Shown here piece by piece: positions 1-9,926 of a DNA stretch of 47,067 nucleotides; the first letter of the stretch is position 1; each line of letters begins with the position of its first letter. The notes beneath the pieces are model-generated. The model saw only the letters and a list, made by a program, of their open reading frames with translations, did no database searches and had not been told where the DNA came from. The position numbers and the translations under genes are program-made. The DNA lies in contig CANQSZ010000001.1 in the NCBI GenBank assembly GCA_947626645.1, positions 1 to 47,067 on the forward strand, given 5' to 3'. Source of the stretch: Candidatus Gastranaerophilales bacterium (GTDB lineage: Bacteria > Cyanobacteriota > Vampirovibrionia > Gastranaerophilales > Gastranaerophilaceae).

Positions 1-163
1 CCACACACGGATTATCTTTGACAACCTGAATGCCCTTATCCCCGACAAGCCAGCTCACTTCATATCCCGCATCTTTTAAGGCATTTGCCAACGGAATATT
101 AAATATTACATCTCCCAGTGATGACAATTTTATCAATAAAACTTTTTGCTTTTTTTCCGTCAT
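1..163 (-). CDS. Glycosyltransferase family 9 (LPS heptosyltransferase-like), N-terminal fragment running off the window
   Basis: Hand translation of the minus strand from ATG (161-163): MTEKKQKVLLIKLSSLGDVIFNIPLANALKDAGYEVSWLVGDKGIQVVKDNPCV. The LLIxLSSLGDV..P...ALK....WLV pattern is the typical GT9 N-terminus. It is absent from the ORF track because the window edge truncates it. Confidence 0.55.
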   Translation of the reverse strand, partial: MTEKKQKVLLIKLSSLGDVIFNIPLANALKDAGYEVSWLVGDKGIQVVKDNPCV

Positions 164-224
164 AAATCCGATTCCTGTTATAATTAGGTTAATTATAACT
201 TAATCGATAAAAGTAATCCAATTT

Positions 225-749
225 TTAACTTTTTCTTAAAAAAGTCAAAAATTTGTCGCCGTATTTTTTTTGTTTAATTACCTCAAATCCGCTAAAATCA
301 ACATCAATAACATGTTCCAAAATTACAACATCGAAAGACAAATTTTTAATCGAGTCCAAACTTTTTTCATAAATCCCCGAAAAATAGGGCGGGTCAATGA
401 ATATAACATTAAATTTTTCATTAAGAGTTTTGCAAATTTTTAAGCTGTCACCCGCTAAAAGCCTGATGTTACAATATTTTTCAAATTTTTTCAAATTGGA
501 TTTTGTAACATTAAAAACTTTTCTGTTATTTTCTATGGCAACGGCTTTTGAAAAACCTCTTGACAGAGCCTCAACAGACATAATACCGGAACCTGCAAAC
601 ATATCAAGAAAACTTGAACCGTCAAAATCAATCATAGCTTGCAAAGTATTAAAAACACTCATTCTTACTTTTGATAAAGTCGGACGGGTAATATTTTCAT
701 CCGGAGCCGTAATTTTCTGACCTTTGAATTTTCCTGACGTAATATTCAT
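225..749 (-). CDS. rsmD: 16S rRNA (guanine966-N2)-methyltransferase RsmD
   Basis: 174 aa. Has RPTLSKVRMSVFN, the SAM-binding LDMFAGSGIMSVEALSRG, and the DPPY catalytic motif typical of RsmD-family N-methylases. Confidence 0.85.
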   Translation of the reverse strand: MNITSGKFKGQKITAPDENITRPTLSKVRMSVFNTLQAMIDFDGSSFLDMFAGSGIMSVEALSRGFSKAVAIENNRKVFNVTKSNLKKFEKYCNIRLLAGDSLKICKTLNEKFNVIFIDPPYFSGIYEKSLDSIKNLSFDVVILEHVIDVDFSGFEVIKQKKYGDKFLTFLRKS

Positions 750-770
750 GGTTATAATTTAACATAAAAA

Positions 771-791
771 GACCCGAAAAGCATTCGGGTC
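771..791 (-). terminator. Rho-independent terminator downstream of tpiA (bidirectional shape)
   Basis: GACCCGAA-aagca-TTCGGGTC, a perfect 8-bp stem flanked by an A-run (766-770) and a T-run (792-795). Confidence 0.6.
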
Positions 792-819
792 TTTTGTTCG
801 ACTGTCAATCAAAATTTTA

Positions 820-1620
820 TTAAGATGCAACGGCAACTTTCATAGTTTTTTCAATAATTTCATTGAAACTGTCGGCTTTTAAAGAAGCACCGCCGATTAA
901 AGCGCCGTCAATGTCTGATTTTGACATTTGTTCTTCGATGGTTGAAGGTTTAACCGAACCGCCGTACAAAATTCTGATAGAATCAGCGGCATTAGCACCC
1001 GCAACTTCCGATACAACACTTCTAATCATTTTGATAACTCTGTTAGCTTCGTCAGCATCGCAAGATTTTCCTGTTCCGATTGCCCAGATAGGTTCATAGG
1101 CGATAACCGATTTTGCAACATCTTCTGATGAAATACCGTCTAAAGCTGCTCTGATTTGGGAAGCGATATGAGAATCGGTAATACCCTGTTCTCTTTGTTC
1201 TAATGTTTCACCGCAGCAGATAATAGGTATTAAACCGCCCGCTAAAATTGCTTTTGCTTTTTTGTTAATCATTTCATCGGTTTCGGAAAAATACTGTCTT
1301 CTTTCGGAGTGTCCGATAATAACAAAAGAACAACCCGCATCTTTAAGCATTTCAACGGAAATTTCACCCGTGTAAGCACCCGAAGATTCCCAATGACAAT
1401 TTTGTGCGGCAACATAGAGTTTATTTCCGCCGCATCCGCATGAACAAGGAATTTCCGATACCTGATTTAATGATGTAAATACCGGCGCAATAACTACCGT
1501 CGGCAATTGAGGTGCCGTATAATTTGATACAAATGATTTAATCCCTTCATACAACGCTTTTGCATCGCTTTGTACAAGGTTCATTTTCCAGTTTCCTGCA
1601 ATAATTGGTTTTCTTGACAT
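820..1620 (-). CDS. tpiA: Triosephosphate isomerase
   Basis: 266 aa. Has IIAGNWKMN, AAQNCHW..SGAYTGEIS, IIGHSERR, AYEPIWAIGTG and LYGGSV, which are canonical TIM motifs. A short Cys-rich insert (PCSCGCGGN) precedes the AAQN motif. Confidence 0.95.
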   Translation of the reverse strand: MSRKPIIAGNWKMNLVQSDAKALYEGIKSFVSNYTAPQLPTVVIAPVFTSLNQVSEIPCSCGCGGNKLYVAAQNCHWESSGAYTGEISVEMLKDAGCSFVIIGHSERRQYFSETDEMINKKAKAILAGGLIPIICCGETLEQREQGITDSHIASQIRAALDGISSEDVAKSVIAYEPIWAIGTGKSCDADEANRVIKMIRSVVSEVAGANAADSIRILYGGSVKPSTIEEQMSKSDIDGALIGGASLKADSFNEIIEKTMKVAVAS

Positions 1621-1759
1621 AATATAATCTCCTTTTTTTACCTCGTTTCAAGTGAAATTCTATTACAAATACGGATTTTGTTCAAGAAAATATTTATCCG
1701 CCGAATATTTCAATTATAACTATTTCAAAAACAATAGAAATGATGTTATAATATCTGAT

Positions 1760-4700
1760 ATGTTCACGATAAACGAAGACGATATCACCTCAAATTACGA
1801 AATTTTCAGAACAAAAATAAAAGACGGCAACTCCTTTGCCGTAACAGGTTTAACCTCTGTTCTCAGACTTTTTCTGTTGTCTAAAATTAAAACTTATTCA
1901 AAGAAAAAAGTTCTTTTTGTAACATCAACGGAGCAAAACGCACTCAAATACCAAAGTGATTTAACTTCCGTTTTCGGCTTAAAATCATCGGTTATGCCGT
2001 TTCAAAACATTTCCATGTACGAAACAATCCCGCAAAATTTGTACGACTATTCCGAACAACTGGAAATTTTAAATTCAAAACCCGATATTGTAATTTGTCC
2101 GGTGAAATCTCTTTTGGAAAAATTTCCGAACGAAGATTTTTTCAAAAAAAACAGCCTTAAAATAAAAATCGGCGATACGATAGATTTAAAAGACCTTTCC
2201 CGAAAACTTACCGATTTGGGATACAAAAAATCCACTATGGTATCTGATATATCAGAGTTTAGTATCAGAGGCGACATCGCAGATATTTATTCACTCAACC
2301 CCAAACCCGTAAGAATTGAGCTTTGGGGCGATGAAGTCGTTGATATAAGATATTTTGACAATCAAACCCAAAAATCCGTTGAAAAAGCAACCCAAACAAC
2401 CATTTTACCCGTTTACAAATTTATTACCGCAGGACAGGAAGATACCGTTAAAAAAATTCAGCAAAATTTAATCGATATTGATAATGAAATTCCCGAAGAA
2501 AACTACTTTGAAGGGATTGAAGTTTATCAAAACTTTTTCAACAAAAACCTTGTATCCGTTTTGGATTATTTTGAAGATTATATTCTTGTTTTGGATGAAA
2601 CTGCCGAAATTTATTCAAAATACGAATTTTTGGATGACGGTTTCAACAAAGAACTTGAAGAAAATACCAAGTTGGATTTAATTAAAGAAACAAAAGGAAA
2701 AAACCATTACACCTACGAGGAATTTTTACGCAAAACAACCTATTTTCAAAAAATCGGATTTAACAATTTCATCGACGGAAGTACAAATGATTTAATCGAA
2801 TTTAATGCTCAGCCGTTGAGAAATTTTGAGGCAAATATTGATTTAATCACCGAATTTATTAACGAACATAAAGGCTACAAAATAATTATAGCAACCGATT
2901 ACCCCGAAAGAGTAAAAGAAATTCTTTCCGAAAAGGAAATTTTCAATGTTGAATACTCCGAAAGTATTGTACATTGCGGATGTATCTTGGAAGATTTCAA
3001 AACAATCATAATCACCGACCGAGAGCTTTTCAACAAGCGTTCAAAAGAAATAACGGCTTCAAAAAAATCATACTTCAAGGAAAAGCCCGAATATATCGAA
3101 AATATTAACGATATAAAACCGGGAGAGTATGTTGTGCATACAATACACGGTTTGGGGATATATAAAGGGCTTTCAAAACAGGAAATAGACGGGCAATTAA
3201 AAGATTATTTAACGATAGAATACGCAAACAAAGACAAATTACACATTCCGGCGGAGCAAATAAACCTGCTTTGCCGATACAGAGGCTCCGGAACCGTCAG
3301 ACCGAAACTTTCAAGAATGGGCGGCAAAGATTGGGAAAGCACGAAAGCAAAAGTTAAAAAAGCGGTTGAAGTTGTCGCCTACGACTTGTTAAGACTTTAT
3401 GCAAGACGTAAAATGCAACAAGGAATTGCCTTTTTGCCTGATACAACTTGGCAAATCGAAATGGAAGAAGCGTTTGAATTTGTTGAAACTCCCGACCAAT
3501 TAAAAGCAATTTCGCAGGTGAAAAACGATATGGAATCCGAACAACCGATGGATAGGCTGATTTGCGGGGATGTAGGTTTTGGAAAAACGGAAGTTGCAAT
3601 GCGGGCAATATTTAAAGCCATTACATCGGGAAAACAAGCCGCCGTGATTGTTCCGACAACAATTCTTGCTTTGCAGCACTATCAAACCATGAGCGAAAGA
3701 TTTAAGCCTTTCGGGGTCGGAGTTGAGCTTTTATCAAGATTTAGAACAACTAAAGAGCAAAAAGAAACAATCAAAAACCTTGCAATCGGAAAATGTGATT
3801 TGGTAATAGGTACACACAGACTTTTACAAGACGGTATTGTTTTTAAAGATTTAGGGTTGCTTGTTATTGATGAGGAGCATCGTTTCGGGGTTCGGCACAA
3901 GGAAAAAATCAAACAATTGAGAGAAAATATTGATATACTTTCCATGTCGGCAACACCAATTCCCAGAACATTATATATGTCGCTATCGGGAATTAAAGAC
4001 ATGTCCGTAATCAACACTCCGCCTCAAAACCGCCTGCCGATAAAAACTTTTGTCGGCGAATGGAATGAAACCATGGTTAAAAATGCCATAAACCACGAAA
4101 TTGACAGAGAAGGACAGATTTTTTATCTTTATAACAGGGTTGAAACCATACAGGAATTTAAAAACCAATTGCAAAAAATAGTTCCTAACGCACGAATTGC
4201 AGTCGGGCATGGTCAAATGGACGAAAAAACATTGGAAAATGTAATTGTTGACTTTGCAAATCACGAATATGACGTACTGTTAGCCACAACAATTATTGAA
4301 AACGGTATTGATATTCCGAATGCAAACACAATGATAATCCACGATTCGGACAGGTTCGGACTTGCGCAGTTGTACCAGTTAAGAGGAAGGGTCGGACGTT
4401 CTCAAAGGCAGGCATACTGTTACTGTTTCTACAAAAAAAGTAAAGAAATTTCAAAAGATGCGGTTGACAGATTGAAAGCTATAAAAGAATTTACAACCTT
4501 AGGCAGCGGTTATCAAATTGCATTAAGAGATATTGAAATAAGAGGGGTCGGGAATATTCTGGGTACAAAGCAGCACGGACACATGGTAAACGTCGGGTTT
4601 GACACGTATTGTGAACTTTTGGAAGAAACCGTACAAGAATTACAGGGGGAAAAAATTCAAAAAACAATTCCGACGATTGTTGATATAAATGTTACGGCGT

Positions 4701-5143
4701 ATATCCCGGATGATTGGGTAGGTTCTTCGGAGCAAAAAATGATTGAATATAAGCGATTAGCCGATGTAAAATCTTCCGTTGAACTGGATTATATTGTTGA
4801 GGAGTGGAAAGACCGATTTGCAAAACCGCCTGAGTGTGTTGAAAATTTGATAAAATTAATTCGTTTACGGCTTTGTGCAACCGAAATCAGAATTTCCGCC
4901 ATAAGAGAATCCGGAAACTGTTTGAGAATTTACACCCCCTATTCAAAACCCGAATGGAATATTATTCAAAAGGTTTTACCGTTAAATCTTTCAAAAAAAA
5001 TCAAATTTACTCAAGCCCCGAATACTTGTCAGGAAGGTTGTTCTATCTTGATTTTAGACATTTCTTATGTAAATTTTGATGAAGTAGTTAACATTTTGAC
5101 AGATTTGTTTTATTATATACATAAAGTCAGTCACGAGTATTAA
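1760..5143 (+). CDS. mfd: Transcription-repair coupling factor Mfd
   Basis: The ORF is open from GTG 1652; I prefer ATG 1760 (MFTINEDD). It has a UvrB-like N-terminal region, a CarD-like segment (GEYVVHTIHGLGIY), an SF2 helicase core (GDVGFGKTEVAMRA, DEEHRFGV, SATPIPRT, QLRGRVGR) and a TRCF C-terminal domain. Confidence 0.93.
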   Translation: MFTINEDDITSNYEIFRTKIKDGNSFAVTGLTSVLRLFLLSKIKTYSKKKVLFVTSTEQNALKYQSDLTSVFGLKSSVMPFQNISMYETIPQNLYDYSEQLEILNSKPDIVICPVKSLLEKFPNEDFFKKNSLKIKIGDTIDLKDLSRKLTDLGYKKSTMVSDISEFSIRGDIADIYSLNPKPVRIELWGDEVVDIRYFDNQTQKSVEKATQTTILPVYKFITAGQEDTVKKIQQNLIDIDNEIPEENYFEGIEVYQNFFNKNLVSVLDYFEDYILVLDETAEIYSKYEFLDDGFNKELEENTKLDLIKETKGKNHYTYEEFLRKTTYFQKIGFNNFIDGSTNDLIEFNAQPLRNFEANIDLITEFINEHKGYKIIIATDYPERVKEILSEKEIFNVEYSESIVHCGCILEDFKTIIITDRELFNKRSKEITASKKSYFKEKPEYIENINDIKPGEYVVHTIHGLGIYKGLSKQEIDGQLKDYLTIEYANKDKLHIPAEQINLLCRYRGSGTVRPKLSRMGGKDWESTKAKVKKAVEVVAYDLLRLYARRKMQQGIAFLPDTTWQIEMEEAFEFVETPDQLKAISQVKNDMESEQPMDRLICGDVGFGKTEVAMRAIFKAITSGKQAAVIVPTTILALQHYQTMSERFKPFGVGVELLSRFRTTKEQKETIKNLAIGKCDLVIGTHRLLQDGIVFKDLGLLVIDEEHRFGVRHKEKIKQLRENIDILSMSATPIPRTLYMSLSGIKDMSVINTPPQNRLPIKTFVGEWNETMVKNAINHEIDREGQIFYLYNRVETIQEFKNQLQKIVPNARIAVGHGQMDEKTLENVIVDFANHEYDVLLATTIIENGIDIPNANTMIIHDSDRFGLAQLYQLRGRVGRSQRQAYCYCFYKKSKEISKDAVDRLKAIKEFTTLGSGYQIALRDIEIRGVGNILGTKQHGHMVNVGFDTYCELLEETVQELQGEKIQKTIPTIVDINVTAYIPDDWVGSSEQKMIEYKRLADVKSSVELDYIVEEWKDRFAKPPECVENLIKLIRLRLCATEIRISAIRESGNCLRIYTPYSKPEWNIIQKVLPLNLSKKIKFTQAPNTCQEGCSILILDISYVNFDEVVNILTDLFYYIHKVSHEY

Positions 5144-5160
5144 AAAAAGAGGGAGAAAAA

Positions 5161-6300
5161 ATGAACGGAAAAAAAATAATTACGACATTAATGTTATCGA
5201 CATTATTGTTTAGCGGTTGCGGTGTAAAAAACAATTACATCATAAAAGTTAACGACGGCGGAGTAACAATGAAAGAGTACAATCAAATGATGGATAAGGC
5301 AATTGCCCAAGCTCCGTATGCAAAAATGGGATTAGGTGATTTAAAAGGAAACAAAGACGGTTTTCTTTACCTTATGACAGAACAAAGAGTAATAAATCAG
5401 TTGATTATTCAAGAGTTGTTGGAACAAGAGGCTCAAGCAAGAGAAATCAAAGTTACCAACCAAGAAGTTGACGAGGCGGTAAAAGAATTAATCGACAAAA
5501 TGGGCGGAAAAGACTTGTTAACAAAGACTTTAAGACAAAACGGCGTTTCCGTTGCCGATTTTAAAAAAGATGTAAAAAATCAGGTAAAAATGGAAAAATT
5601 AGCTAACGCTTACGGAAAAATTAACATCACCGACAACGATTGCAAAAAATATTACACAAAAAATCCTGACAAATTTAAACATGGCAATCAGGTAAGAGCA
5701 TCTCACATCTTGATTTCCGCTAATCCTTACCAAATTCAAGAGGAATTGAAAGCTAACTCAAAAAATAAATTAACCGATGAACAAATAAAAGCCGAAGTTG
5801 AAAAAGTAATGGCCGATAAAAAAGCCGAGGCTGAAAAACTTGCAAACGAATTGAAAGCAGACAATTCAAAATTTGCACAGTATGCAAAAAAATACTCGGA
5901 TGATGAAGGCTCAGCGGTACGAGGCGGGGACTTAGGATTTTTTGCAAAGGATAAAATGGTTCCCGAGTTTGCAAATGCGGCATTTAGCGCAAAACCAAAC
6001 ACCGTAACCGACCCCGTTAAATCACAATTCGGATATCATATCATTATGGTTACGGACAGACGTGAAGCGGGTATCGTTCCTTATGAAAAAGTTAAAAACG
6101 ATATCAAAGACTTTTTAACAAGCGAAAAACAAATCGTTGCTCTTGACGAAATTATCCAAGCCGCAAAGAAAAAATCAAAAATTGAATACCTTGATGAAAG
6201 ATACAATCCTGATGTAATAGGCGACAAACTTCACAAACAGGTAAATGACGCTACTAACGGCGCGGCTGACAAAGTTAAAAATCAAAAAAATAAAAAATAA
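5161..6300 (+). CDS. Parvulin-type peptidyl-prolyl isomerase lipoprotein (PrsA/SurA-like)
   Basis: 379 aa. Lipobox LLFSGC near the N-terminus. PpiC/parvulin core (VRASHILI ... GGDLGFF ... FGYHIIMV). RBS GAGGGAG lies upstream. Confidence 0.8.
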   Translation: MNGKKIITTLMLSTLLFSGCGVKNNYIIKVNDGGVTMKEYNQMMDKAIAQAPYAKMGLGDLKGNKDGFLYLMTEQRVINQLIIQELLEQEAQAREIKVTNQEVDEAVKELIDKMGGKDLLTKTLRQNGVSVADFKKDVKNQVKMEKLANAYGKINITDNDCKKYYTKNPDKFKHGNQVRASHILISANPYQIQEELKANSKNKLTDEQIKAEVEKVMADKKAEAEKLANELKADNSKFAQYAKKYSDDEGSAVRGGDLGFFAKDKMVPEFANAAFSAKPNTVTDPVKSQFGYHIIMVTDRREAGIVPYEKVKNDIKDFLTSEKQIVALDEIIQAAKKKSKIEYLDERYNPDVIGDKLHKQVNDATNGAADKVKNQKNKK

Positions 6301-6318
6301 ATTTCTTTTTAATATAAA

Positions 6319-6346
6319 GACCTTCCAAAATCGGAAGGTCTTTTAT
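6319..6346 (+). terminator. Rho-independent terminator after the PPIase gene
   Basis: GACCTTCC-aaaatc-GGAAGGTC (6319-6340) followed by TTTTATT. Confidence 0.65.
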
Positions 6347-6405
6347 TGAAAAAAATCATACAAATGTTTTATTATTTATTTAATAACCTTTGGTATAATT
6401 ATCTT

Positions 6406-7620
6406 ATGTTTGATTTAACGTCTCCAACTGTATATATTCCGACAACATTTATAATTTTGGTTGCAATTTTTGTATCGATACTTCAAAAAGATGCAAAAAA
6501 ACTTGTACACGAAAACACCAAAGACTTGCCGTATTACGGTGAAATTAAGTTGTCTATGAATTACATAAACAACGCCGTTTTAGACGACGGAAGATTTCAA
6601 TACAGAAAGAATGTTTCATCAGACATTACCTACGACAACAACGTATATAATTCCCTAAGACATGCCGGAACATTGTATTCAATGTATATGTATGAAAAAC
6701 TGGGTTTGGAAAATAAATTTCACGAATCAAGAATCAAAGCCTCAAAATACTTTGTACAACGGTACATCAAAAAAATCGGCAGAGGCAAATATGCCGTAAT
6801 TTCAATCCCCGAAGAAGAAGGATTTAACTTTAAGATAGCAAAATCAGGAGCCGCAGGGGTTGCATTGTGTGCTTTATCAAATCTTTATAAAGAAGGTGAA
6901 ATCGAACTTGAAATACTGCAAGGTTTGGGTGAGTTTATACTGTCATTACAAGACAGAGAAGGCAACGTTTACGCATATTACGATATGGAAAATAAAACCA
7001 TAGACAAAGATGCCGAAGCGGTATTTTACCCCGGGGAAGCGGCAGCGGGGCTTTTGTATCTGTATGAAGCAGATCCTCAGCAAAAATGGATTGACGGCGC
7101 TAAAAAAACTCTTTCATACCTTGCAAAAAACAGAAAAAAAATGGACATGGATATACCGTTTGACAATTGGTCTGTTTTAGCGATAGAAAAACTCTTTGCA
7201 CAAAACCTTCTGACCCCCGAAGAAACCAACACCTATAGAGCCTACGCGGAGCAAATGGCAATCCCGATGTTAAGCAACCAAATTACCAATTCCAAAAACA
7301 GCTATTTCGGTGCGTTTAAAGACAATATTCGCCCTTGCAGCTTGGGAACAATTATGGAAGGGCTTTGCTCGATATATTTTTGTACCGACAATAAACAACT
7401 AAGAGAAATAATATTCAAATCGCTTTCCATCGGCTGCATATTTTTAAGCAAAGTACAGGTAAAAACGGGAGAACAAGCAGGCGGTCTGCCAAATTCGGCA
7501 AACTGGGTTAAAGCCGGTGTCACACCGAATGCAAGCGTTATAAGAATTGACAACGTTCAACACGTTGCAACAGGTTGGTTAAAATTCCAAAATATACTTA
7601 AAATTACGGGGAATTACTAA
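6406..7620 (+). CDS. Hypothetical membrane-anchored protein (possible alpha/alpha-toroid fold)
   Basis: The ORF is open from TTG 6346, which sits inside the upstream terminator. ATG 6406 is followed by one TM helix (PTVYIPTTFIILVAIFVSILQ). Repeated helical G/A-rich segments (SGAAGVALCAL, YPGEAAAGLLYLY) recall alpha/alpha-barrel enzymes, but I recognise no family. Confidence 0.55.
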   Translation: MFDLTSPTVYIPTTFIILVAIFVSILQKDAKKLVHENTKDLPYYGEIKLSMNYINNAVLDDGRFQYRKNVSSDITYDNNVYNSLRHAGTLYSMYMYEKLGLENKFHESRIKASKYFVQRYIKKIGRGKYAVISIPEEEGFNFKIAKSGAAGVALCALSNLYKEGEIELEILQGLGEFILSLQDREGNVYAYYDMENKTIDKDAEAVFYPGEAAAGLLYLYEADPQQKWIDGAKKTLSYLAKNRKKMDMDIPFDNWSVLAIEKLFAQNLLTPEETNTYRAYAEQMAIPMLSNQITNSKNSYFGAFKDNIRPCSLGTIMEGLCSIYFCTDNKQLREIIFKSLSIGCIFLSKVQVKTGEQAGGLPNSANWVKAGVTPNASVIRIDNVQHVATGWLKFQNILKITGNY

Positions 7621-8273
7621 TTACCGCAAACCGTTTTATTTCTTCCGGAATTTTTCGCCTCATACAGAGCCATATCCGTTCTTTCCAGTAATTGTTCTTT
7701 CGTTTTAATTTCGTCGGTCAGTTGGTATGCGCCGATACTAACGGTGATGTGCAATTTTTCCCGTTGATATTCAAGAAAGAGCGTATCTATTGTCTTTCTA
7801 AACCTTTCTAAAGGGATAACGGCTTGGTTGATATCGGTTTCGGTCAAGATTACAATAAATTCTTCTCCCCCAAATCTATAAACGGTATCTGTTTTTCTGA
7901 AAGTTTGCAACGCGGCATTTGATACCTGTTTTAAAACATAATCACCGCATTGATGACCGTATTTGTCGTTAAATTGTTTAAAATAGTCTATATCAAACAT
8001 TACGAGCGTTAATTTGTTGTTATAACGCTTTGCCCTTAAAAATTCCTTTTCAAAATCGTTTTCAAAACTTCTTCTGTTGGGCAATCGGGTTAATTCGTCG
8101 GTCAAGGACAGGTATTTTGTTCTTGAATACATAAAATTAATCTGTCTTATAACTTCCATTTTATTTTCTTCGGGAATATCGAAGGTGTTGATTACATGCT
8201 CGATATTGTGTTGAATTTCGTCCAACACAGTTTCGGGAATATCAAAAGACATATCATCAGAATTATTAACCAT
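7617..8273 (-). CDS. Diguanylate cyclase (GGDEF domain protein)
   Basis: 218 aa. Has DELTRLPNRR, the DIDYFKQFNDKYGHQCGD Mg/GTP site, the active-site motif RFGGEEF, and ALYEAKNSGRN. Confidence 0.85.
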   Translation of the reverse strand: MVNNSDDMSFDIPETVLDEIQHNIEHVINTFDIPEENKMEVIRQINFMYSRTKYLSLTDELTRLPNRRSFENDFEKEFLRAKRYNNKLTLVMFDIDYFKQFNDKYGHQCGDYVLKQVSNAALQTFRKTDTVYRFGGEEFIVILTETDINQAVIPLERFRKTIDTLFLEYQREKLHITVSIGAYQLTDEIKTKEQLLERTDMALYEAKNSGRNKTVCGN

Positions 8274-8333
8274 ACTCTCCTCTAAAGTTATTTTACCATA
8301 AAATCTTACTGTATAAAAGTATTTACGGCAAAA

Positions 8334-9911
8334 TTAATTTGCGGGATTTTTGTCGTTTTTAAACAGGAATAATAACGGAATTAAGAAGAAACATAAAATT
8401 CCGAAAATTCTGAAAGAATCAGTGAAAGCCCAAAGAGTGGATTGTTTCAAAAGAGTTCCGTATTGAGAATATTCCGCCATGTGCTTAGCGACCGAAATAT
8501 TTGTATATTGAGATAAAGCCGCCGTTGTTGCCTGAACTCTTTCAACAAAAGCCGGATTTAATTCGGTGAGCTTACCGACCATCATATACTGGTGCATTTG
8601 AGAAAATCTTGTTAACATTGTTGCAACAAGCGACGTTCCTATTGCACTTCCGATATTTTTAAACAAATTCTGCAACCCGGCGGCATTGGTCATTTGTGTA
8701 TTTGAAAGCGTTTCCATAGACAGATTTATAATAGGAACAAACGACATGCCCATGCCAAATCCCATAATGCAGTTAGGAATCATAATATTTAACGGAGCAA
8801 TCTGCAAATTCAAAAATCCGAAAAACAATCCCGCAACCCCGATACAAAGCAATCCGAAAATAACAAGTATTCTTTTATCGACCTTGTCGGCAATAAAAGC
8901 ACAAACAATGGTTGCCGATAAACTTCCGATACCGCGGGGCATCATGGACAAACCGCTTAAAAACGCCGTATATCCCATCATGCTTTGCAAAAATTGCGGC
9001 AAGATTGCAACCGATGCGTACAAAACCGCCATCATAACAACTTGGATAAATGTTCCCATTACAAATTCTTTGTTTTTAAATACGCTTAAATCAACTAAAG
9101 TTTCACCTTTACGTAATTGTGATAAGAAAAAGCAAATTCCCGAAAAACAAGATATTGCAAAAATCCACCTTATCCATGTTGCATTAAACCAATCGGCGTT
9201 GTTACCTTTATCAAAAAATACCTGCAAGCAACACAACCACAATACCAAGAAGAAAAATCCTCTTTTGTCGAGTTTGACATTTTTTTGACGTCTTGAGTAT
9301 GGAGGATTAAACAGTAAATGTTTTGCCAAAATAGCAGCCACGCAGCCCATAGGAACATTTATGAAGAAAATCCAAGGCCAAGTCCAATTATCGGTAATCC
9401 AACCGCCCAAAACAGGACCTACAATCGGGGCAATAATTATACCCATACCGAAAATTGCCATAGCCGAACCGCGTTTTTCTTTCGGGAAACTTTCCATCAT
9501 AATCGCTTGCGACAACGGAACGATTCCGCCTCCGCCCGCGCCTTGCAAAACTCTGAATAACACCATTGCACCGAGCGATTTTGCCATTCCGCACAATAAC
9601 GATGCCAATGAAAATATTAATATGCTTAAGATATAGAAGTTTTTTCTTCCGAAAAGTTTGCTGAAATATCCGACAGACGGAATTACAATCCCAGAAGATA
9701 TTAAATAACTCGTTAAAATCCAAATACTTTCATCTCTTGTAGCCGAAAAGCTGCCCGCCATGTGCGGCAGGGCAACGTTGGCAATCGTTCCGTCCATTAC
9801 ATAAACGAATACTGCCAGCATTAGCGGGATACAACATATCCACGGATTTTTAGGAAGGTATTTTTCTTCATCTTCCGGAGTTATTACATTTTCTTCTATA
9901 TTTTCAGACAT
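8334..9911 (-). CDS. MFS drug efflux transporter, DHA2 (EmrB/QacA) family
   Basis: 525 aa, about 14 predicted TM segments. DHA2 signatures (DGTIANVALPHM, LFGRKN, LRVLQGAGGG). Directly downstream of a HlyD-family gene. Confidence 0.85.
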   Translation of the reverse strand: MSENIEENVITPEDEEKYLPKNPWICCIPLMLAVFVYVMDGTIANVALPHMAGSFSATRDESIWILTSYLISSGIVIPSVGYFSKLFGRKNFYILSILIFSLASLLCGMAKSLGAMVLFRVLQGAGGGGIVPLSQAIMMESFPKEKRGSAMAIFGMGIIIAPIVGPVLGGWITDNWTWPWIFFINVPMGCVAAILAKHLLFNPPYSRRQKNVKLDKRGFFFLVLWLCCLQVFFDKGNNADWFNATWIRWIFAISCFSGICFFLSQLRKGETLVDLSVFKNKEFVMGTFIQVVMMAVLYASVAILPQFLQSMMGYTAFLSGLSMMPRGIGSLSATIVCAFIADKVDKRILVIFGLLCIGVAGLFFGFLNLQIAPLNIMIPNCIMGFGMGMSFVPIINLSMETLSNTQMTNAAGLQNLFKNIGSAIGTSLVATMLTRFSQMHQYMMVGKLTELNPAFVERVQATTAALSQYTNISVAKHMAEYSQYGTLLKQSTLWAFTDSFRIFGILCFFLIPLLFLFKNDKNPAN

Positions 9912-9926
9912 TTTTAATTCTTTTTG

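Noticed and set aside
1424-1456. Cys-rich insertion (PCSCGCGGN) in TpiA just before the AAQN motif
   Set aside because: It is in frame and short, and it lies in a surface loop region in TIM barrels. Without an alignment I cannot say whether it is lineage-typical. It is unlikely to indicate a pseudogene.
7617-7620. A 4-nt overlap of the convergent stop codons of the 6406-7620 gene and the GGDEF gene, with no terminator between them
   Set aside because: This is a compact-genome feature. It is noted, but there is no evidence of function beyond possible transcriptional interference.
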